The position numbers and the translations under genes are program-made. The notes below the pieces were generated by a model. It was not told the origin of the DNA. It searched no databases and saw nothing but the letters and a program-made list of their open reading frames with translations. Positions 8,666 to 19,342 of a stretch of DNA of 42,749 nucleotides are shown here, in pieces. Numbering within the stretch: position 1 is the first letter of the stretch; each line of letters opens with the position of its first letter. The stretch lies in NCBI GenBank assembly GCA_964428535.1, contig CAYRYK010000002.1, forward strand, positions 13,469-56,217, read 5' to 3'. Origin of the DNA: an uncultured Gammaproteobacteria bacterium (GTDB lineage: Bacteria > Patescibacteriota > Microgenomatia > UBA12405).

Positions 8666-10048
8666 TTATTTAAAACTTTTAATCTTTTCTAACAAAATTT
8701 CTCTATTATTTAATTCTGGTTTTTCTTCCACTTCTTTAAAAATATTATTCAATACTTCACCAATTTTTGGACCTGGTTTAATTCCTAATATTTCCATTAC
8801 ATCCAAACCGTTTACTTTCAAATCTCTCACTGCAAATGGTTGTTTTTGCACTTCTACAATTCTTTCTTTAAATAATTCCCATCGCCAACTAGTTTCTTTA
8901 GCTCCACTGCCTAATCTATCGGCTCGGCGTAAGGCAATCATTTCATCAATATAATCTGGTGTTACATTTCTAATAAATCTTCTCACTGCTTTATCAGTTT
9001 GAGTTTCTTGCACCGTAAACATATGCCATCTGACCAATCTGAACAATTGATCTAACTCTTTATTTGATAATCTTAATCTTTTACCTATTTCCACAGCAAT
9101 TCTTGAACCATAAACTTCATGATTATGAAAAGTTTTTTCTTTGCCATCATCTCGCATTGATTTTGGTTTTCCCACATCATGAAGTAATGCCGCCAATCTG
9201 GTTATTGGATTATTACTTTGACAATTATCCAAAGTTTTTAAATTATGAGTCCACACATCATCAATATGATGGCCTTTTTGACTCATTCCCACGCCATTAA
9301 TTAATTCCGGTATTATTTCAGTCATTAATCCCGACTCTTTCAACAATTCAATTCCTTCCGATGGAGTAGAGGATAACAGTATTTTAAATAATTCATCTCG
9401 AATTCTTTCTCCAGCAATATTTTTAATTAAACCAGCATTTTTTTTGATTGACTCCAAAGTCTTTTCTTCAATACTAAAACCAATTTGTCCAGCAATTCTC
9501 ACTGCTCTCATCAATCTCAAAGCATCTTCACCAAACCTTTCATCTGGATTTCCTACGGTTCTAATTAATTTATTTTCCAAATCTTTTTGTCCCTCAAACA
9601 TATCAATTATCTCGAATTGATTTGTTTTAAGCCCTCCCTTTTCAAGGGAGGGTGTCTGAAAGACGGGTGGGTTTAATTCAATTGCCAAAGCATTAATTGT
9701 AAAATCTCTTCTTTCTAAATCTTCAGCCAAAGTTTTTCCCCATTTAATTTCATCTGGATGACGCCCATCACTATAACCCCTTTCAGTCCTAAAAGTAGTT
9801 ACTTCAAAAATTTCTCCATCCTTTTCTACAATACTCAAAGTTCCAAAAGTATTATTATAAAAACTATTTTTTGGAAACAGTTTTTTCATTTCTTCGGGAG
9901 TCAAATTAGTTGTAAAATCCCAATCATTTACTTCTCGTCCCAAAATTAAGTCGCGTACCGCCCCGCCAACAATATAAATCTCAGCGTCGTTTTCCTGAAA
10001 TTTAGCAATAATTTTTTTAATCCTCTCTGGGATTACTAATTCTTTCAT
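8666..10048 (-). CDS. cca: CCA-adding tRNA nucleotidyltransferase with HD domain
   Basis: GGAVRDLILGR...DWDF polymerase-beta head, RDFTINA, and HD domain (LLHDVGKP). Contains an antisense mini-repeat insertion at 9632-9674. Confidence 0.9.
   Translation of the reverse strand: MKELVIPERIKKIIAKFQENDAEIYIVGGAVRDLILGREVNDWDFTTNLTPEEMKKLFPKNSFYNNTFGTLSIVEKDGEIFEVTTFRTERGYSDGRHPDEIKWGKTLAEDLERRDFTINALAIELNPPVFQTPSLEKGGLKTNQFEIIDMFEGQKDLENKLIRTVGNPDERFGEDALRLMRAVRIAGQIGFSIEEKTLESIKKNAGLIKNIAGERIRDELFKILLSSTPSEGIELLKESGLMTEIIPELINGVGMSQKGHHIDDVWTHNLKTLDNCQSNNPITRLAALLHDVGKPKSMRDDGKEKTFHNHEVYGSRIAVEIGKRLRLSNKELDQLFRLVRWHMFTVQETQTDKAVRRFIRNVTPDYIDEMIALRRADRLGSGAKETSWRWELFKERIVEVQKQPFAVRDLKVNGLDVMEILGIKPGPKIGEVLNNIFKEVEEKPELNNREILLEKIKSFK
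9632..9674 (+). repeat. Mini-repeat copy C (hairpin CCCTCCCTT/AAGGGAGGG, hairpin GTCT-gaa-AGAC, GGGTGGGTTT), antisense and in-frame inside cca
   Basis: Same three-module architecture as copies A and B. Encodes NPPVFQTPSLEKGGLKT in Cca. Confidence 0.7.
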
Positions 10049-10064
10049 TCTCCTCTATTTTACC

Positions 10065-10418
10065 CTATTTCCACCCATTCACTCTACCAATACATCTAAT
10101 ATCTCCATCTCTTTCTATTTTTTTAACTCCAACACAATTACATTCATGTATTGGTGGGAATTTAAATGAAGCATACATTCCACAATCATTCGATGGTACC
10201 AAAAAATATATCAAAAAATAAATTGCAATTTCAGCTAGCATCAGTAGGAACCATAACAACTTCCGTTTAAAGATAAAAAGCCATAATAAAATAGAGAAAA
10301 ATAAAGCAAAAATTACTTCAACAATTTCTATTGAAAAATAACCAAAAAACAATAAATCCATAAACGACAAAAATAACCATAACAAAACTTTAAAAAACAC
10401 CATCACTGTCTTCTTCAT
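10065..10418 (-). CDS. Hypothetical membrane protein with Cys-containing C-terminal tail
   Basis: 3-4 predicted TM helices, tail ...NDCGMYASFKFPPIHECNCVGVKK...IRCIG. No family recognised. Confidence 0.45.
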   Translation of the reverse strand: MKKTVMVFFKVLLWLFLSFMDLLFFGYFSIEIVEVIFALFFSILLWLFIFKRKLLWFLLMLAEIAIYFLIYFLVPSNDCGMYASFKFPPIHECNCVGVKKIERDGDIRCIGRVNGWK

Positions 10419-10448
10419 TCTATCTTATTTTACCTTATTTTAAAAAAG

Positions 10449-10485
10449 TCTCCCTTGTCAAAGGGAGATTTAGAGGGATTTGTCC
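10449..10485 (+). repeat. Mini-repeat copy E (hairpin TCTCCCTT-gtca-AAGGGAGA, then AGGGATTTGTCC), intergenic
   Basis: Matches hairpin1 and the terminal module of the genic copies. Compare trmD AGGGTTTTGTCC. Confidence 0.7.
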
Positions 10486-10486
10486 T

Positions 10487-10516
10487 CCAAAAAACCCTCC
10501 AGTTTCCTGGAGGGTT
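10487..10516 (-). terminator. Intrinsic terminator of the RRM-protein gene
   Basis: The minus strand reads AACCCTCC-aggaaac-TGGAGGGTT followed by TTTTTT. Confidence 0.6.
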
Positions 10517-10538
10517 CTATAAATCGTTTTTATTTAGT

Positions 10539-10799
10539 TTATTGACGATCTGGCTTTGGTAAAGCTTCTTTTACAGCGATATTTCTACCCATCTGTTCAG
10601 AGTTATTGAGAGCTTCCATAGCTTTAGCAGCATCTTCTTCGTTTTCGAATTCAACGAAACCGAAACCTTTGCTTCTCTTAGAGAATTTATCAATGACTAC
10701 GTTTGCTGAAGTTACAGCACCGTAAGCTGAAAAGATTGAATTCAAATCAGCATCAGCCATTGCAAAAGGAAGATTGCCTACAAATAATTTTTTTGCCAT
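10539..10799 (-). CDS. RRM-type RNA-binding protein (86 aa)
   Basis: RNP-2 LFVGNL and RNP-1 KGFGFVEF motifs. Confidence 0.85.
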   Translation of the reverse strand: MAKKLFVGNLPFAMADADLNSIFSAYGAVTSANVVIDKFSKRSKGFGFVEFENEEDAAKAMEALNNSEQMGRNIAVKEALPKPDRQ

Positions 10800-10936
10800 G
10801 TGTTTTTTTTAAAAACTCCTTAAATATCTTAATAAAATATAACAGGTTTGAACCTTGCTCCCAAAAGTTGGCTACCTTTAGGAACTAATGAATAGTATAT
10901 AACATATTTCCTAAAAATGTGTAAAATTGACTATCT

Positions 10937-12559
10937 ATGCTTTGTATTGACCATTCCACCTCAGAGGATGAAATTTTAAAATTACTCCTAAAAAACCGTC
11001 AAATTAGTCAAAAGGATACTGACAGCTTCCTAAAACCCATAAATCCTCAAAAACTTGAGCCCAAAAATTTTGGCGTTAATTCAAAATCTCTCTGCCAAGT
11101 TGTTGAAATTATCCAAAATCATATCAAAAAGGGCAATCAAATTTTAATTTACGGTGACTACGATGTCGACGGTATTACCGCCACTGCCATTCTTTGGCAG
11201 GTTTTATACCAACAAGGTGCCAAAGTTTTACCTTTCGTTCCCGATAGGGAAACTGATGGTTACGGTATCAAAGCTGATTCATTTTTTCGGATTCAATCAG
11301 GTAAAAATCTTCATTTTGATTTACTTATTACTGTTGATAATGGTATTGTTGCTGGCAAAGAATTAGAAAAAATTATTAAGTCAGGTACTCAAATTATTGT
11401 TATTGATCATCATGTTGCCGATGATTCTTTACCCAAAGAAATTTCTTCGGTTCATTCCACTCTCACTTCTGGTTCAGTTCTTTCTTGGTTAGTTGCCTCT
11501 CAAATCGACAAGTCCAGCGACTTAGGTTTAGCTGCTCTTGGTGCTGTTACTGACTGTATGCCGCTTAATACTGTCAATCGCAACATTGTTTACCACGGTC
11601 TTCAATCTCTTCGTCTTCAACCAAATCCCGGCATCAAAAAATTAATTCAAGCCAGTGGTTCCAAACAAGATTCCTTAACTACTTATGATTTAGGTTTTAT
11701 TCTTGGTCCACGGATTAATGCTGTTGGTCGTTTATCCAACCCCACCGATGCTTTACGTCTTTTATGTAGCCAGACACCTCAGCAGGCCAACAAGTTTGTC
11801 TCCATTTTGGACGGTTACAACAAAGAACGTCAATCTCTTCAACAAGAAAGTTTAGTTTTAGCCGAAAAAAACATTAATTCTAATGACAAAATTTTATTTG
11901 TTGCCGACAATTCTTTTCATCCTGGGGTTATTGGTCTCATTGCTGGCCGTCTTACCGAAAAATATTATCTACCTTCAATTGTTATTAGTATTGACGATGG
12001 CATTTCCAAAGGTTCCTGTCGTTCCATCAAAGAATTGGATATTATTACCACTCTCCGAGAATTTTCTGATCTTTTTATCGATCTCGGTGGTCACGCCGGT
12101 GCTGCCGGATTTAGTGTCAAAACGGAAAATATTCCTAAAATTAAGCAAAAAATTACTGAATTTGTTAATCAAAAATTAGCTAATTGTGAGTTAAAACCAG
12201 AAAGATTTATTGACGCCGAAATGAAATTAAATGCGGTCACTGTCAAAAATTGTCGTTTAGTCAAAAAACTCGAACCGTTTGGCATTGGTAATCCTGACCC
12301 GGTATTTTTATTCAAACAAGTTCGAGTTGTTGAAAAACGTTTACTTGGTTCTACTGGTGACCATCTTAAACTAAAAATTGATGATCCAAACACACCTCAA
12401 AAAGAAAATATTATTGTCGATTCTATTGCTTTCAAAAAAGGGGAGTTTGATTCAAAAATAAAAGTTGGTGACCTTATCGACTTTACCGCTAATCTTAGTT
12501 TAAATATTTGGAACGGTTACACTTCTCCCCAGCTTGTCGTTAAAGACATTCTATCGTAA
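10937..12559 (+). CDS. recJ: Single-stranded-DNA-specific exonuclease RecJ
   Basis: DHH family motifs IYGDYDVDGITA, DNGI, VIDHH and GGH.GAAG. DHHA1 region present. Confidence 0.9.
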   Translation: MLCIDHSTSEDEILKLLLKNRQISQKDTDSFLKPINPQKLEPKNFGVNSKSLCQVVEIIQNHIKKGNQILIYGDYDVDGITATAILWQVLYQQGAKVLPFVPDRETDGYGIKADSFFRIQSGKNLHFDLLITVDNGIVAGKELEKIIKSGTQIIVIDHHVADDSLPKEISSVHSTLTSGSVLSWLVASQIDKSSDLGLAALGAVTDCMPLNTVNRNIVYHGLQSLRLQPNPGIKKLIQASGSKQDSLTTYDLGFILGPRINAVGRLSNPTDALRLLCSQTPQQANKFVSILDGYNKERQSLQQESLVLAEKNINSNDKILFVADNSFHPGVIGLIAGRLTEKYYLPSIVISIDDGISKGSCRSIKELDIITTLREFSDLFIDLGGHAGAAGFSVKTENIPKIKQKITEFVNQKLANCELKPERFIDAEMKLNAVTVKNCRLVKKLEPFGIGNPDPVFLFKQVRVVEKRLLGSTGDHLKLKIDDPNTPQKENIIVDSIAFKKGEFDSKIKVGDLIDFTANLSLNIWNGYTSPQLVVKDILS

Positions 12560-12568
12560 AATACATTC

Positions 12569-14341
12569 ATGGAAAGAATATTAGCAAAAGAATGTCTCCA
12601 AAAGATCGGAGAAAAAGTCTTATTACAAGGTTGGGTCAGTAATATTCGTGATCATGGTCAATTAATCTTTATTGATTTCCGCGATTGGAGTGGCGTTATT
12701 CAAATTGTTGTTGATGCTCATGACAGTGAATCTAATCATAAAATTGCTGCTTCTTTAGGTATGGAGTGGGTGATTGAAGTCGAAGGTGAAATCGTTAAAC
12801 GTAATTCCAAGGCCGTTAATCCAAATCTGCCTACCGGAGAAATTGAAATTAATTGTCAAAAATTAACTTTACTCAACAAAAGCGAAGTTATTCCTTTTCC
12901 TCTCGACACTGATGGTACTGAGCTCGACGAATCTCTTCGTCTCAAATATCGTTATCTTGATTTACGCCGACCTCGTTTAGCTCACATTCTCGATAGTAAA
13001 CACAAATACACGCTTGCTGTCCGCAATTGGATGGATAAAAATGGTTTCACTGAAGTTATGACACCACTTTTAACCACCACTTCTCCTGAAGGTGCTCGTG
13101 ATTTTTTAGTTCCGTCTCGCATTCACAAAGGTAAATTTTTTGTTTTACCTCAAGCTCCTCAACAATTTAAGCAGTTGTTGATGATTTCTGGTGTCGATAA
13201 ATATTTTCAAATCGCTCCCTGTTTTCGTGATGAAGACCCACGAGCCGATCGTCACGCCGGTGCTTTTTACCAAATCGATATTGAAATGAGTTTCCCTACT
13301 CTCGACAAAATTTTTGCTACCGCCGAAAATTTAATTCGCGACACTTATCAAACTATTGCTCCTCAAAAGAAAATTGCTAATTTTCCTTTCCCTCGCATTC
13401 CCTACAAAGATGCCATGAATAAATATGGTAGCGACAAACCGGACACCCGTTTTGGTCTTGAGCTTCAAGATGTTAGTGAAGTTATTAAAAATAAAAGTGA
13501 ATTTAATGTTTTCAATAGCGCCGAGGCCATCAAATGTTTAGTCGCTCCCAAATGTGCCGAATTTAGTAAAACTCAAATTGAAAAATTAGAAAGTTTAGCC
13601 AAAGAAAAAGGTGCTAAGGGTTTAGCTTACACCAAAGTTACTAATAATGGACTTGATACCGGTGTCGCTCGATTCTTTACTCCAGAATTACAACAACAAA
13701 TTATTCAGGCTACTTCTGCCAAATCTGGCGACATGATTTTCTTCGTTGCTGATAAATTAAATTTAGCTAATAAAGTTTTAGGCTATATTCGCCTTACTTT
13801 AGGTGATTTATTAAATCTTCGTGACCCAAATATTCTTCAATTTAACTGGATTACTGGTTTTCCTTTTTACGAAATTAACGACGAAGGTAAATTAGATTTT
13901 GGTCACAATCCTTTTTCTATGCCTCAAGGTGGTATGGAATCTTTAAAAAATAAAGACCCACTAGAAATCGAATCTTATCAATACGATTTAACTTTAAATG
14001 GTTATGAATTAGCCTCTGGCTCTATTCGTAATCATGAACCAGAAACTTTAGTCAAAGCTTTCGAAATTGTCGGTTACGGTAGGGAAGAGGTCCTCAAAAA
14101 ATTTGGTGGTCTTTATAATGCTTTCCATTACGGCGCTCCCCCGCACGGTGGTTGGGCTATCGGTTTAGATCGTCTCATGATGTTGCTCCTCGACGAGCCA
14201 AACATTCGTGACGTCTATGCCTTCCCGCTTAATTCCAACGGTGTTGATTTGCTCATGGATGCACCTAGTCAAGTTGACCAAAAACAACTCGACGATGTTG
14301 GTTTAATGCTCAAACCGAATGCTCAAGATAATCAAAAATAA
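12569..14341 (+). CDS. aspS: Aspartate--tRNA ligase
   Basis: OB-fold N-terminus and class II motifs ([20 protein letters not shown]). Bacterial-type insertion domain. Confidence 0.95.
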   Translation: MERILAKECLQKIGEKVLLQGWVSNIRDHGQLIFIDFRDWSGVIQIVVDAHDSESNHKIAASLGMEWVIEVEGEIVKRNSKAVNPNLPTGEIEINCQKLTLLNKSEVIPFPLDTDGTELDESLRLKYRYLDLRRPRLAHILDSKHKYTLAVRNWMDKNGFTEVMTPLLTTTSPEGARDFLVPSRIHKGKFFVLPQAPQQFKQLLMISGVDKYFQIAPCFRDEDPRADRHAGAFYQIDIEMSFPTLDKIFATAENLIRDTYQTIAPQKKIANFPFPRIPYKDAMNKYGSDKPDTRFGLELQDVSEVIKNKSEFNVFNSAEAIKCLVAPKCAEFSKTQIEKLESLAKEKGAKGLAYTKVTNNGLDTGVARFFTPELQQQIIQATSAKSGDMIFFVADKLNLANKVLGYIRLTLGDLLNLRDPNILQFNWITGFPFYEINDEGKLDFGHNPFSMPQGGMESLKNKDPLEIESYQYDLTLNGYELASGSIRNHEPETLVKAFEIVGYGREEVLKKFGGLYNAFHYGAPPHGGWAIGLDRLMMLLLDEPNIRDVYAFPLNSNGVDLLMDAPSQVDQKQLDDVGLMLKPNAQDNQK

Positions 14342-15242
14342 TTGGCTCGATTTTGTTATTATTTTTCTGATTTTAATTCTCAACCTTTTTTGGTTGCCAA
14401 CTTTTTCTTTTTGGAAAATTTATCCTAAAAATAATTTCATTACCGAAAATAGTCAAATTTTAGAATTTTCTCATCCAGAAACTCCACTAGTTAAACTAGT
14501 TCAACCACCCCAGCTTTTAACCGACAAATATATCCTAATCGATGTCGATACCAACAAAGTCTTAGTTTCCAAAAATCAGAACAGCAAAATTTATCCTGCT
14601 TCTACCACTAAATTAGCCACTGCTCTTACTGCTCTTAATCTTTATCCTTTAGATGAAGTAGTTACTATCGATCAAAAATATGACGATGGTAAAGTTATGG
14701 AACTTCAACCTGGTGAAAAAATTACTGTCAAATCTTTAGTTACCGCCCTTTTAGTTTATTCTGCCAATGACGCCGCTTTTTCTTTAGCCAACCACTATAA
14801 CCAAGGTATTGCTGGTTTTATCAGCCAAATGAATTCTCTCATGGCAAAATATAATCTCAAAAATACTCACTTCGTTAACCCTGATGGTTTACACGACGAT
14901 AATCACTATTCTACTGTTTACGATCTTTCGCAGTTAGGTCGTTTAGCTATTCAAAATTCCACAGTTCGCGATGTTGTCAAAAATAAAAGTATGACTATTA
15001 CCGATGTTACTGGACAAATCAAACATGAAATTACTACTACCAATGAGCTTCTTGGAGTTGTTCCAGAAGTTATTGGCCTTAAAACTGGCCTTACTCCCGA
15101 AGCCAAAGGTTGCTTCATTGGTCTTTTAAATATTAATGGTCATTTAGTTATCAGTGTCGTGGCTCAAAGTGATGATCGTTTTCAAGATACTAAAACTCTT
15201 ATTTCCTGGCTCAAACAAAACGTTTCTTGGGCAGAATATTAA
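14319..15242 (+). CDS. D-alanyl-D-alanine carboxypeptidase (peptidase S11, PBP5-like)
   Basis: SxxK (ASTTKLAT), SxN (YSANDAA) and KTG (LKTGLT) motifs. N-terminal TM anchor. Confidence 0.8.
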   Translation: MLKIIKNNWLDFVIIFLILILNLFWLPTFSFWKIYPKNNFITENSQILEFSHPETPLVKLVQPPQLLTDKYILIDVDTNKVLVSKNQNSKIYPASTTKLATALTALNLYPLDEVVTIDQKYDDGKVMELQPGEKITVKSLVTALLVYSANDAAFSLANHYNQGIAGFISQMNSLMAKYNLKNTHFVNPDGLHDDNHYSTVYDLSQLGRLAIQNSTVRDVVKNKSMTITDVTGQIKHEITTTNELLGVVPEVIGLKTGLTPEAKGCFIGLLNINGHLVISVVAQSDDRFQDTKTLISWLKQNVSWAEY

Positions 15243-15437
15243 AAATATGGTAAAATAGGCGGTATTTTTGAACTCTAACAAAGAATGGGGTTAAATTTAT
15301 TTCTGTAAGTCAAACTTAAAAACGGTTATTTAGCAATCAAATATAAGTTCGACAATGGTCTTGTGGTCATTAGTTCCGCAGCTTCAATTCTGAAAACTCT
15401 GTACATTTTGGAATATGACAGAAAGGAGGTTAAGATA

Positions 15438-15611
15438 ATGACTCAGTTTGCTGCTCCGTTTACATGCGACCAAGCAGATGAACAATCTGGAACAATCGTC
15501 TGCAAAACAACAGGCAAACCATGTCCTTTCCAGATGTCTTGTCCTGAAAAAGGCGGGCAGATACTGACATTTCAAGCACTGACATGTCCGCATTTTCCTG
15601 TCCTGACATAA
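15438..15611 (+). CDS. 57-aa Cys-rich protein of unknown function (atypical composition)
   Basis: AAGGAGGT SD lies 8 nt before the ATG at 15438. Product MTQFAAPFTCDQADEQSGTIVCKTTGKPCPFQMSCPEKGGQILTFQALTCPHFPVLT has 5 Cys. Codons (ACA, CTG, CAG) are unlike the neighbouring genes. Confidence 0.45.
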   Translation: MTQFAAPFTCDQADEQSGTIVCKTTGKPCPFQMSCPEKGGQILTFQALTCPHFPVLT

Positions 15612-15629
15612 CAACACCCGATTCTCCAT

Positions 15630-15697
15630 GGAGTGAGGAAATATTAAAACAAAATGATGGTAAAACCATTATTAGTTTTAATCCCTTTTCTCACTCC
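15630..15697. terminator. Long imperfect hairpin between convergent genes (possible bidirectional terminator)
   Basis: GGAGTGAG(15630-37)/CTCACTCC(15690-97), ATTAAAAC/GTTTTAAT and ATGATGGT/ACCATTAT are nested arms. Confidence 0.45.
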
Positions 15698-16728
15698 CCG
15701 GTATATTTACTCGACACTGCTGGCACATAAGCCACAAAATTATTGTCCCCTTCAAACACAAAAATCGGTTGCAAATAATTTGTTAAAGTTGTTGGTTCAT
15801 AATAAGCTAAATACATTTTCCTAATTGTCACATTCGTATCACTTACATCTCGAGCCGTCCAATAATTACCCGATTTTAAATCACTAACAGCTTCTTCCCC
15901 TGTTTTTATTGGGTAAGTTGAATACGATTCTCGATCCACATTTATATCTTTAAAACTCACCCCAATAATTTTTTTTGCTTCAACAGTTGAACCAGAAATT
16001 AAAACTGAAATTGAAGCCTGACCAAAATTTGATGAAATTAAATCTAAATTATCAAAATCCTTTCTATAAAAATCTACTCTAGCTGCATTTGCTTCTGATT
16101 GTGCTGAAACAGATTTTAAAGTTCCAGAATCTATTTTCCAATAAGAAACAATTTTGTCGCCATTTTTTAAATCATCCGTTAATTTACTTCCACGACTCAA
16201 AAAACTCGAGGCTGTCTCTATTGCTTGTGATTTATTCGGTACACTACTTTCAGTCAATAAAACTTGATCTGAAGCATATGGATAAGTAATTTCAAAATCA
16301 CCATCCAACACGTTTACTGTTAATGTTTTATTGTTTGTTGTGTCTTTAAATTCATAAATTCCAGTTTTTACTTCCGTCGGATCACTTGTAAACCCAAAAG
16401 ATTTTGCCGTCTCAGTATCTTCTTGAAGTGCCAAAAAAGTTGTATTTGGTCGATATATCACATAAACTTTTTTCTGATCATCAAATGTTGGGACTGCATC
16501 GTTTGGTAGTTCAAAAGTAAAATTTTTACTTGTCTTTTCCTTTTCAGGGAAAACTATTTTTGGTAAAACCCCATATCTAACTGTCGGTGCCACATAAATC
16601 GGGTGGTGATTTCTATAAAGATTATAAGCTGTAGTTGTAATTGCCCACAATAAACTAAAAACAATTATTCCCAAACCACCAAATTTAATTAATTTTCGAC
16701 TAGTATAAGCGGTCTGAGTTAACGACAT
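15691..16728 (-). CDS. Hypothetical membrane-anchored extracytoplasmic protein (345 aa)
   Basis: Single N-terminal TM helix, then a beta-rich soluble region. No family recognised. Confidence 0.55.
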   Translation of the reverse strand: MSLTQTAYTSRKLIKFGGLGIIVFSLLWAITTTAYNLYRNHHPIYVAPTVRYGVLPKIVFPEKEKTSKNFTFELPNDAVPTFDDQKKVYVIYRPNTTFLALQEDTETAKSFGFTSDPTEVKTGIYEFKDTTNNKTLTVNVLDGDFEITYPYASDQVLLTESSVPNKSQAIETASSFLSRGSKLTDDLKNGDKIVSYWKIDSGTLKSVSAQSEANAARVDFYRKDFDNLDLISSNFGQASISVLISGSTVEAKKIIGVSFKDINVDRESYSTYPIKTGEEAVSDLKSGNYWTARDVSDTNVTIRKMYLAYYEPTTLTNYLQPIFVFEGDNNFVAYVPAVSSKYTGE

Positions 16729-16764
16729 AAATTTATTCTACACTAAAATGATACAATATTAACC

Positions 16765-18192
16765 ATGAGTGACACCAAAGTTGTTCGTACCCGTATTGCT
16801 CCCAGTCCAACAGGGGAATATCATATTGGTCATTTGCGTACCTGTCTTTACGATTATGCTTTAGCCCGTAAATACGGTGGTCAATTTATTATTCGTATTG
16901 AAGATACTGATCAAAAAAGATTTGTTGCTGGATCAGCCGAAAGAACCCTCCAAGTTATCAAAGATTATGGTTTAACTTGGGATGAAGGTCCAGACATTGG
17001 TGGTCCATATGCTCCTTATACTCAAACCCAACGTCTCGATATTTATCACAAATATGCTCAAGAATTAATTGATAAAGGTTTAGCTTATTATTGTTTCTGT
17101 ACTCAAGAACGACTTGATTCTCTTCGTGCCTCTCAAAAAGCTGCTGGTCATTTACCCAAATATGATCAACATTGTCTTCATCTTTCAAAAGAAGAAATTC
17201 AAAAAAATCTTGACGCCAAAATTCCTTACACTATTCGTATGGTTATCCCCAAAAATGAAACCATAATTTTTGAAGATGCTATTCGAGGCAAAATTAAATT
17301 CAACACTAATGATGTTGACGATCAAGTAATTATCAAATCCAACGGTATTCCTACTTATCATTTGGCCGCCATGGTTGATGACCATCTTATGGGAATTACT
17401 CATGTCTTCCGTGGTGAAGAATGGCTAACTTCCACCCCCAAACATTTATTGCTTTATCGATATTTTGATTGGGAACCTCCAATTTTTGCCCATCTTACAG
17501 TAATTTTAAATCCAGACGGTAAAGGTAAATTAAGTAAACGTCACGGGGCTACTTCAGCCAGATCATTTTTAGAAGATGGTTATTTACCCGAAGCTATGCT
17601 CAATTTCTTAATGTTTTTAGGTTGGAACCCTGGTGACAATCGAGAATTTTTTACTCTGGAAGAATTTGTTCAAGCTTTTAGTCTCGAACATCTTCACAAA
17701 AAATCTCCAGTTTTCGATCGTAAAAAACTCGATTATTTAAACGGCTATTACATTCGTCAAAAAACCGACGATCAATTATTTGAATTATTTAAAAAATTTT
17801 TACCTCAGGCCACTGACGAACAAATCAAAATTTTAGTTCCCATTCTCAAGGATCGACTAGTAAAATTTTCCGACTTAACTAGCCAAACCAAATTTTTGTT
17901 TGAAGATGTTGAATACGATAAGGATTTATTACTCAAAAAGGGGACTACTCCAGAATTAGCCAAAGAAATGTTATTAAAAACCAAAGAATTAATGTCAGAT
18001 TTTTCTGATATTCAAAACAAAATCACTAATCTCATTCAAGAAAATAATTGGAATGTTGGTGAATTTTTTATGGTTTTTCGAGTGGCTATTTGTGGTTCTA
18101 CTTTTACTCCTCCAGTCATCGACTGTCTTCCAGCTTTGGGCAAAGAATCAACCCTCAAAAAATTAGATATCGCTCTTAACAAACTTTCATAA
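16765..18192 (+). CDS. gltX: Glutamate--tRNA ligase
   Basis: Class I HIGH (PSPTGEYHIGHLRT) and KMSKS-like (KLSKRHG) motifs. Confidence 0.95.
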   Translation: MSDTKVVRTRIAPSPTGEYHIGHLRTCLYDYALARKYGGQFIIRIEDTDQKRFVAGSAERTLQVIKDYGLTWDEGPDIGGPYAPYTQTQRLDIYHKYAQELIDKGLAYYCFCTQERLDSLRASQKAAGHLPKYDQHCLHLSKEEIQKNLDAKIPYTIRMVIPKNETIIFEDAIRGKIKFNTNDVDDQVIIKSNGIPTYHLAAMVDDHLMGITHVFRGEEWLTSTPKHLLLYRYFDWEPPIFAHLTVILNPDGKGKLSKRHGATSARSFLEDGYLPEAMLNFLMFLGWNPGDNREFFTLEEFVQAFSLEHLHKKSPVFDRKKLDYLNGYYIRQKTDDQLFELFKKFLPQATDEQIKILVPILKDRLVKFSDLTSQTKFLFEDVEYDKDLLLKKGTTPELAKEMLLKTKELMSDFSDIQNKITNLIQENNWNVGEFFMVFRVAICGSTFTPPVIDCLPALGKESTLKKLDIALNKLS

Positions 18193-18211
18193 ATTTTTAT
18201 TAAAATAATTT

Positions 18212-19342
18212 GTGGCGTTATTATTTTTTATCCTTTGTTTCTTTTTAGTTAAGCCTGTTTTTGCTGCTCCTACTGTTCAAATTACTCTTGCTCCTAGTAA
18301 CGCTGTAACTGGCACCGATATTCCCATTCAATTTATTATCACTAACGGAGATCCAAACACACTCTATCACTACAAATTTTTTGGTGGTATTGGTAACTCA
18401 GAAGCTCAAATACAAACATCTTCAACTTTATATTCTAATTCAGCCTGGTCGTCTCATCCATCTGTAACCACTGATATAGGTGGTAGTATTGCTGTTTATG
18501 CTACGGCCTATATCAGAACAGATAGCTCTTCTGGTACCTATAATTTATTTGTCAAAATTTCTAAGGAGGATACCGGTAGTATTGCTGCCACAAGTCCCGC
18601 CTATATTATTAACAGTGTTGTTGGTCCAACTCCAACGCCCACCTCTATCCCTACTGCTACGCCAACTCCTGATCCAACTATTACCAACCCTACCTCTGGT
18701 ATTAGTTTAAGTGAATTTATGCCATATTCTTCCATCGAATGGGTCGAAATTTATAATAGCAATTCTTATCCAGTTAAACTTTCTGGTTGGAAATTAACTG
18801 ATAATTCTTCCAACACTAAATCACTTCCCGATTTAACTATTTCCGCCAACGGCTATGTTACTTACGATTTTTCTAACTTACTTAATAATGACGGCGACAC
18901 TATCAATTTAATTAATAGTTCTGGTCAAACTATTAGTCAAAGAATTTATGAAAACAATAAATATACTTTAGATTATTCGTGGTCCTTAATTAATAATAGT
19001 TGGTGCCAGGCTAGTATTACCAAAGGTTATGTCAACGTTAGTTCTTGTTATACCGCTCCCACTGCCACCCCTACTCCAACTTCTACCATAACTCCTACTC
19101 CGACCACTGACCAAACTAAATTTACCAGTTCTGATACCGCCACTGAATCGGCTATTATTGAGCCAACTACTGAATCAAGCTATCTTAGCCCCACCGCTAT
19201 TCCAACCGCTTCACCCACCGGGACTGTTTTAGGTGATGATATTACCAATAACACCAAAAAAAATTATCTTCCCTTAATTTTAATTATTTCTGGTGGCTCA
19301 TTACTGACTTCACCATTAATTGTTAGTAAACTTAAGAAGTGA
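18212..19342 (+). CDS. Secreted lamin-tail-domain (LTD) protein with PT-rich linkers and C-terminal TM anchor
   Basis: Signal peptide. ISLSEFMPYSS.EWVEIYNSNSYPVKLSGWKLTD...DGDTINLINSSG matches the LTD pattern. TPTPT linkers. C-terminal hydrophobic helix plus KLKK. Confidence 0.7.
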   Translation: MALLFFILCFFLVKPVFAAPTVQITLAPSNAVTGTDIPIQFIITNGDPNTLYHYKFFGGIGNSEAQIQTSSTLYSNSAWSSHPSVTTDIGGSIAVYATAYIRTDSSSGTYNLFVKISKEDTGSIAATSPAYIINSVVGPTPTPTSIPTATPTPDPTITNPTSGISLSEFMPYSSIEWVEIYNSNSYPVKLSGWKLTDNSSNTKSLPDLTISANGYVTYDFSNLLNNDGDTINLINSSGQTISQRIYENNKYTLDYSWSLINNSWCQASITKGYVNVSSCYTAPTATPTPTSTITPTPTTDQTKFTSSDTATESAIIEPTTESSYLSPTAIPTASPTGTVLGDDITNNTKKNYLPLILIISGGSLLTSPLIVSKLKK

